Assembly: GCA_003514005.1 (NCBI GenBank)
Contig: DOSJ01000006.1
Location: 2,281-66,280 of the forward strand
Length of the DNA stretch: 64,000 bases
Direction: 5' to 3'
Source of the DNA: Candidatus Falkowbacteria bacterium
GTDB taxonomy: Bacteria; Patescibacteriota; Patescibacteriia; Patescibacteriales; UBA12075
Of the stretch, positions 60,278 to 64,000 are shown piece by piece. The translations under genes were made by a program, and so were the position numbers. The notes under the pieces are model-generated. The model ran no database searches. It was not told where the DNA came from and saw only the letters and a program-made list of their open reading frames with translations. How positions within the stretch are numbered: position 1 is the first letter of the stretch; each line of letters begins with the position of its first letter.

Positions 60278-61759
60278 ATGACAAAAAAAATAAGAGGTAG
60301 GCTTGCGCCATCGCCAACCGGATTTTTACACATTGGTAATTTAAGAACCGCGCTATTTGGTTACTTGACTATAAAAAGCATGGGTGGTGATTATATTCTA
60401 CGGATCGAAGATACGGATGATAAACGTTTTGTCCCGGGTGCTATCGAAAAATTAGTTGACGTACTGGAGTGGTCGGGAATAAAATTCGACGAATCTCCAC
60501 TTTTGTCCGGACCATACGCGCCATATGTTCAGAGCGAAAGAAAAGAAATCTATAAAAAACATATCGACGAGCTGCTGCAAAAAGACGGTGCGTATCATTG
60601 TTTTTGCTCATCTGAGAGATTGGATAAAATGCGCGAGGAACAACAAGCAAATAAAAAACCGCCACGATACGACAGGCAATGCCGCAATTTAAATCCAGAA
60701 GAAGTATCAAAAAAAATTGCATCAGGCGAGCCGTTTGTAATAAGACAAAAAATGCCCCTAGATGGAGAAGTAAAATGCTTTGATGAATTACGCGGAGAAA
60801 TAACTGTAAACGCCCAAGAGCTTGATGATCATGTACTTATCAAATCCAACGGCATGCCAACCTACCAATTTGCAAATATCGTCGATGACCATTTAATGGA
60901 AATCACGCACGTAACCCGAGGTGAAGAGTGGATTCCGTCTTTTCCGAAAAACGTTTTACTTTATACTGCTTTTGGCTGGGACGTACCAAAGTTTATCCAT
61001 CTGCCGGTTGTTTTAAATAAAGAAGGCGGCGGCAAATTATCCAAGCGCCAAGGCGATGTTTCCGTCGAGGAGTTTCGAGAAAAAGGCTATCTGTCTGATG
61101 CTTTGATAAACTTTATTGTTCTGCTTGGTTGGCACCCAGAAGGAGATGATGAGATTTTGAGTATGGAAGAGCTGATCAAAAAATTTGATCACAAAAAAAT
61201 CAGCTCAAGCCCTGCGGTTTTTGATGTTGAAAAACTGAATTATTTCAACGGTTACTATATTCGTCGTATGGATCTAGATAAATTGACTGAAATGGCAATG
61301 CCTTATCTAAAAGAAAATGTTGACAAAACTTCTGACACAAGAAAAAAATCCCCCGATTTTATTAAACAGGCTGTCAAAATAGAGCAAGAGCGCTTAAAAA
61401 AGCTTTCGGATATAAAAGAATATACAGAGTTTTTATTTTTAGATAAACTGGAATATCCAAAAGAAATGCTTATCTGGAAAAAACAAGAAGCAGGGGATTG
61501 CAAATACAACCTTATAACAATAAGAAATATTTTGGAAAAAATAGCAAGTGAGGAATGGACAAAAGAAAATATTGAAAACAAAATATTGCAATATCTAAAC
61601 GACAATGCCCTGAAAGCCGGTGATTTTCTCTGGCCAACGCGCGTCGCTCTGACCGGCAAACAGCAAAGCCCCGGCCCTTTTGATGTCGCGTTTGTTCTTG
61701 GCAGGGAAGAAAGCTTGGAAAAAATACAAATTGCAATTGATGCGTTAAATGTGCTATAA
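60278..61759 (+). CDS. gltX: glutamate--tRNA ligase
   Basis: APSPTGFLHIG, RIEDTD, KLSKR. Confidence 0.96.
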   Translation: MTKKIRGRLAPSPTGFLHIGNLRTALFGYLTIKSMGGDYILRIEDTDDKRFVPGAIEKLVDVLEWSGIKFDESPLLSGPYAPYVQSERKEIYKKHIDELLQKDGAYHCFCSSERLDKMREEQQANKKPPRYDRQCRNLNPEEVSKKIASGEPFVIRQKMPLDGEVKCFDELRGEITVNAQELDDHVLIKSNGMPTYQFANIVDDHLMEITHVTRGEEWIPSFPKNVLLYTAFGWDVPKFIHLPVVLNKEGGGKLSKRQGDVSVEEFREKGYLSDALINFIVLLGWHPEGDDEILSMEELIKKFDHKKISSSPAVFDVEKLNYFNGYYIRRMDLDKLTEMAMPYLKENVDKTSDTRKKSPDFIKQAVKIEQERLKKLSDIKEYTEFLFLDKLEYPKEMLIWKKQEAGDCKYNLITIRNILEKIASEEWTKENIENKILQYLNDNALKAGDFLWPTRVALTGKQQSPGPFDVAFVLGREESLEKIQIAIDALNVL

Positions 61760-61795
61760 TAAAAGAGTCTTTAAATTTCAATCTCTCAAAAAATA

Positions 61796-63043
61796 ATGCC
61801 AGAAAAAAAATATAAAAAAATCACCAAACTGATCTCAGTAACAATGTGTTTATTGTTTTTTTTAAGCTTTTCAGCTTCTGTTTACAGCCAGGATGACGAG
61901 GCGAGTGTCATTAATCGCGAAGTAAAAATGATAAACGAAGATATTTCGGACAAAAAAAACCAAGTAAAAAAAATTCAAGACAAACAGGCGGAATACGAAG
62001 CCCTGATCAAGCAAAAACAGCAAGAAAAATCGAGTCTTAATAATCAATTGTCGCTTTTAGACAACCGCTTAGCAAAATCAGAGCTTGACATTGAGCTGGT
62101 AGAAACCGAAATCGGCCGTATCGAGCTTGAAATCCAAAAAACCAATCTTGAGATCGAAAGTAGAAACAAAGATATTCTAAAAAACAAAGATCAAATCGCG
62201 GATGTGTTGCGCCTAATCCAAAAAAGAGACAATGTGAATACCTTGGAGATAATGCTATTAAACAGTTCCTTGTCAGAATTTTTAACGCAGATAAAGTATC
62301 TTGAGGATATAAACGAAAGCCTGGACGAAAGTCTACAAGACGTAGAAAAATTAAAACGTGATTTGGAAAAGGAACAAAAAACGCTTGCTCGCAAAAACGA
62401 TGAGATGAATAAATTTAAAACCGAATTAAACGAGAAAAAGGCTAAGCTTGCGGCAGAAAAAGACAACAAGATTACGATTCTCGGCCAGGTCGGACAAACG
62501 GAAAAAGAATACCAAAGACTTTTGGCAAAAGCCAAAAAAGAACAGGAAGACGCCGCGGCCGAAATTGCCAGCATGGAAAAATTAGTACGCGCGAAACTGG
62601 CTTCTTTGGACAAAGAAAAAATGGAATTTAACGCCAATGGCATGGTCTGGCCGGTTACCAAAAACGTAATTACCGCCTATTTTCATGATCCTGATTATCC
62701 GTTTCGTAATATTTTCGAGCATCCAGCAGTTGATATCCGCGCAAAGCAGGGGAGTACGCTCAAAGCGGCCGCTTCCGGCTATGTTGCACGCGTAAAATCC
62801 GACGGATCCGCAAATTACGGCTACATCATGCTTATCCACGGTGACGGATTATCAACCGTTTACGGCCACGTTTCAAAATCATACGTAGCCGAAGACGAAT
62901 ATGTTGTCCAAGGACAAGCAATCGGCTTATCCGGAGGATTGCCGGGAACGCCCGGATCCGGTCGTCTTACCACCGGTTCACATCTGCATTTTGAGGTGCG
63001 CCTAAACGGTATTCCAGTAGATCCGCTTAGTTATTTGCCGTAA
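61796..63043 (+). CDS. coiled-coil plus M23 peptidase (EnvC/CwlO-like murein hydrolase)
   Basis: signal peptide, long coiled coil, HPAVD, YGH, HLHFEVR. Confidence 0.88.
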   Translation: MPEKKYKKITKLISVTMCLLFFLSFSASVYSQDDEASVINREVKMINEDISDKKNQVKKIQDKQAEYEALIKQKQQEKSSLNNQLSLLDNRLAKSELDIELVETEIGRIELEIQKTNLEIESRNKDILKNKDQIADVLRLIQKRDNVNTLEIMLLNSSLSEFLTQIKYLEDINESLDESLQDVEKLKRDLEKEQKTLARKNDEMNKFKTELNEKKAKLAAEKDNKITILGQVGQTEKEYQRLLAKAKKEQEDAAAEIASMEKLVRAKLASLDKEKMEFNANGMVWPVTKNVITAYFHDPDYPFRNIFEHPAVDIRAKQGSTLKAAASGYVARVKSDGSANYGYIMLIHGDGLSTVYGHVSKSYVAEDEYVVQGQAIGLSGGLPGTPGSGRLTTGSHLHFEVRLNGIPVDPLSYLP

Positions 63044-63056
63044 AATTTGAATATAA

Positions 63057-63086
63057 AAAACCGTTCCATATATTGAAACGGTTTTT
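63057..63086. terminator. bidirectional terminator
   Basis: AAAACCGTT...AACGGTTTT between convergent genes. Confidence 0.6.
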
Positions 63087-64000
63087 TTAATTTTTAATTC
63101 GACTGCCACTATGAGCTTTTCTATGCACGTCTTTTAATTGTTTATTAGTTACATGCGTATATATCTGCGTAGTTGAAATATTTTTATGTCCCAAAAATTC
63201 TTGAACCAAGCGCAAATCCACTCCCTGACTCAACAAATCAGTCGCGAATGAATGTCTGAGAGTATGAGGAGTGGCTAGAATCGATACTCCACTGATTTTT
63301 ACATATTTTTTTACAATATCTTCAATACTTTTTGTTGTTAGACGTCTTGGCAAGCCGGATTTTTCAATACCTTGTTTATAATTAATAAACAAGGCTACGT
63401 CAATATCGTTTCGTTTGTCGAGATAAAGTTTTAGCCATTTTACAACACGTTCAGAGAAATAAACTGTTCGCACTTTTTCACCTTTGCCGATTATGGAAAT
63501 CTCGAGATCACTTACGCCCGTATTTATTTTTACTTGTTCGCGGTCAAGACTAACAAGCTCCGCGACCCGTAATCCAGTAGAAAACAATGTTTCAAGAATC
63601 ACTCTGTCCCGTAAACCAATTTTTGTTTTTACGTCAGGGGAGAGGAGTAATTTCTCCAATTGGTTAATCTCTAAAAATTTTATTTCTTTATCTGATTTAT
63701 CTTTGGCTAATTTTATTACAGAAGGGGAGAGTGATGCTATTTTTTTCTCCACAAAAAATTCAAGGAGACTGCGCAAAGCAATTAAGTAGTAGTTTTGTGT
63801 AGATTTTTTTAAATTTTTTTTTAAAGTAGGGTCAACATGCCTGGATAAAAATACACGATATTTCCAAATATGATCTTCGTTAAGTTTTTCCGGTTTTAAT
63901 TTATCGAAATTATTGTCCACCAGCCAATTAAAAAATTTATTTAAAAAGCGAGAGTAGTTCTCTTGGGTTTTTGAACTTAATCCCCTTTCTATTTCCAAAA
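63087..64000 (-). CDS. XerC/XerD-like tyrosine recombinase (5' end beyond the window)
   Basis: TGLRVAEL, GKG.K.R, PHTLRHSFAT, LGH, TTQIYTH. Confidence 0.9.
   Translation of the reverse strand, partial: LEIERGLSSKTQENYSRFLNKFFNWLVDNNFDKLKPEKLNEDHIWKYRVFLSRHVDPTLKKNLKKSTQNYYLIALRSLLEFFVEKKIASLSPSVIKLAKDKSDKEIKFLEINQLEKLLLSPDVKTKIGLRDRVILETLFSTGLRVAELVSLDREQVKINTGVSDLEISIIGKGEKVRTVYFSERVVKWLKLYLDKRNDIDVALFINYKQGIEKSGLPRRLTTKSIEDIVKKYVKISGVSILATPHTLRHSFATDLLSQGVDLRLVQEFLGHKNISTTQIYTHVTNKQLKDVHRKAHSGSRIKN

Noticed and set aside
63087..64000. Tyrosine recombinase as a prophage or integron integrase
   Set aside because: Xer-like size and motifs, housekeeping context, and no phage genes, IntI insert or attC sites visible.
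1..64000. Alternative genetic code 25
   Set aside because: Conserved genes are full length under code 11 and several end in TGA.

Overview
AT-rich bacterial chromosome segment, translation table 11 (TGA is used as stop). Gene content, SD-less A-rich leaders and the hypothetical protein families suggest Patescibacteria/CPR (Parcubacteria-like); this is an inference. The backbone is housekeeping: rodA, rplY, rpmE-prfA-prmC, rplJL, an rml/GT2/galU glycan cluster, typA, a MacAB-like exporter, tRNA-Thr(UGU), pilT, lepA, recJ, rnhA, def, clpB with a perfect CIRCE, AmmeMemoRadiSam genes, gltX, an M23 peptidase and a Xer recombinase. Accessory parts: (i) a minus-strand defence island (type II REase, MTase, DUF262, HEPN, SDR) bracketed by a 12-bp direct repeat; (ii) a stand-alone PEP-CTERM gene; (iii) a region next to the tRNA with a possible DGR-target-like orphan, XRE-HTH/ImmA-IrrE pair, DUF3761 lipoprotein and a 605-bp IS200 that recodes a host C-terminus; (iv) a protein built from ungapped 28-aa repeats. 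Several small non-autonomous repeat families are dispersed through the window: modular dRS3/REP-like doublets with interchangeable arms (two of them nested in MITE-like ends), CG-anchored four-unit periodic palindromes, and 7-nt tandem arrays that also occur in-frame inside prmC. No CRISPR array, rRNA or reverse transcriptase was seen.
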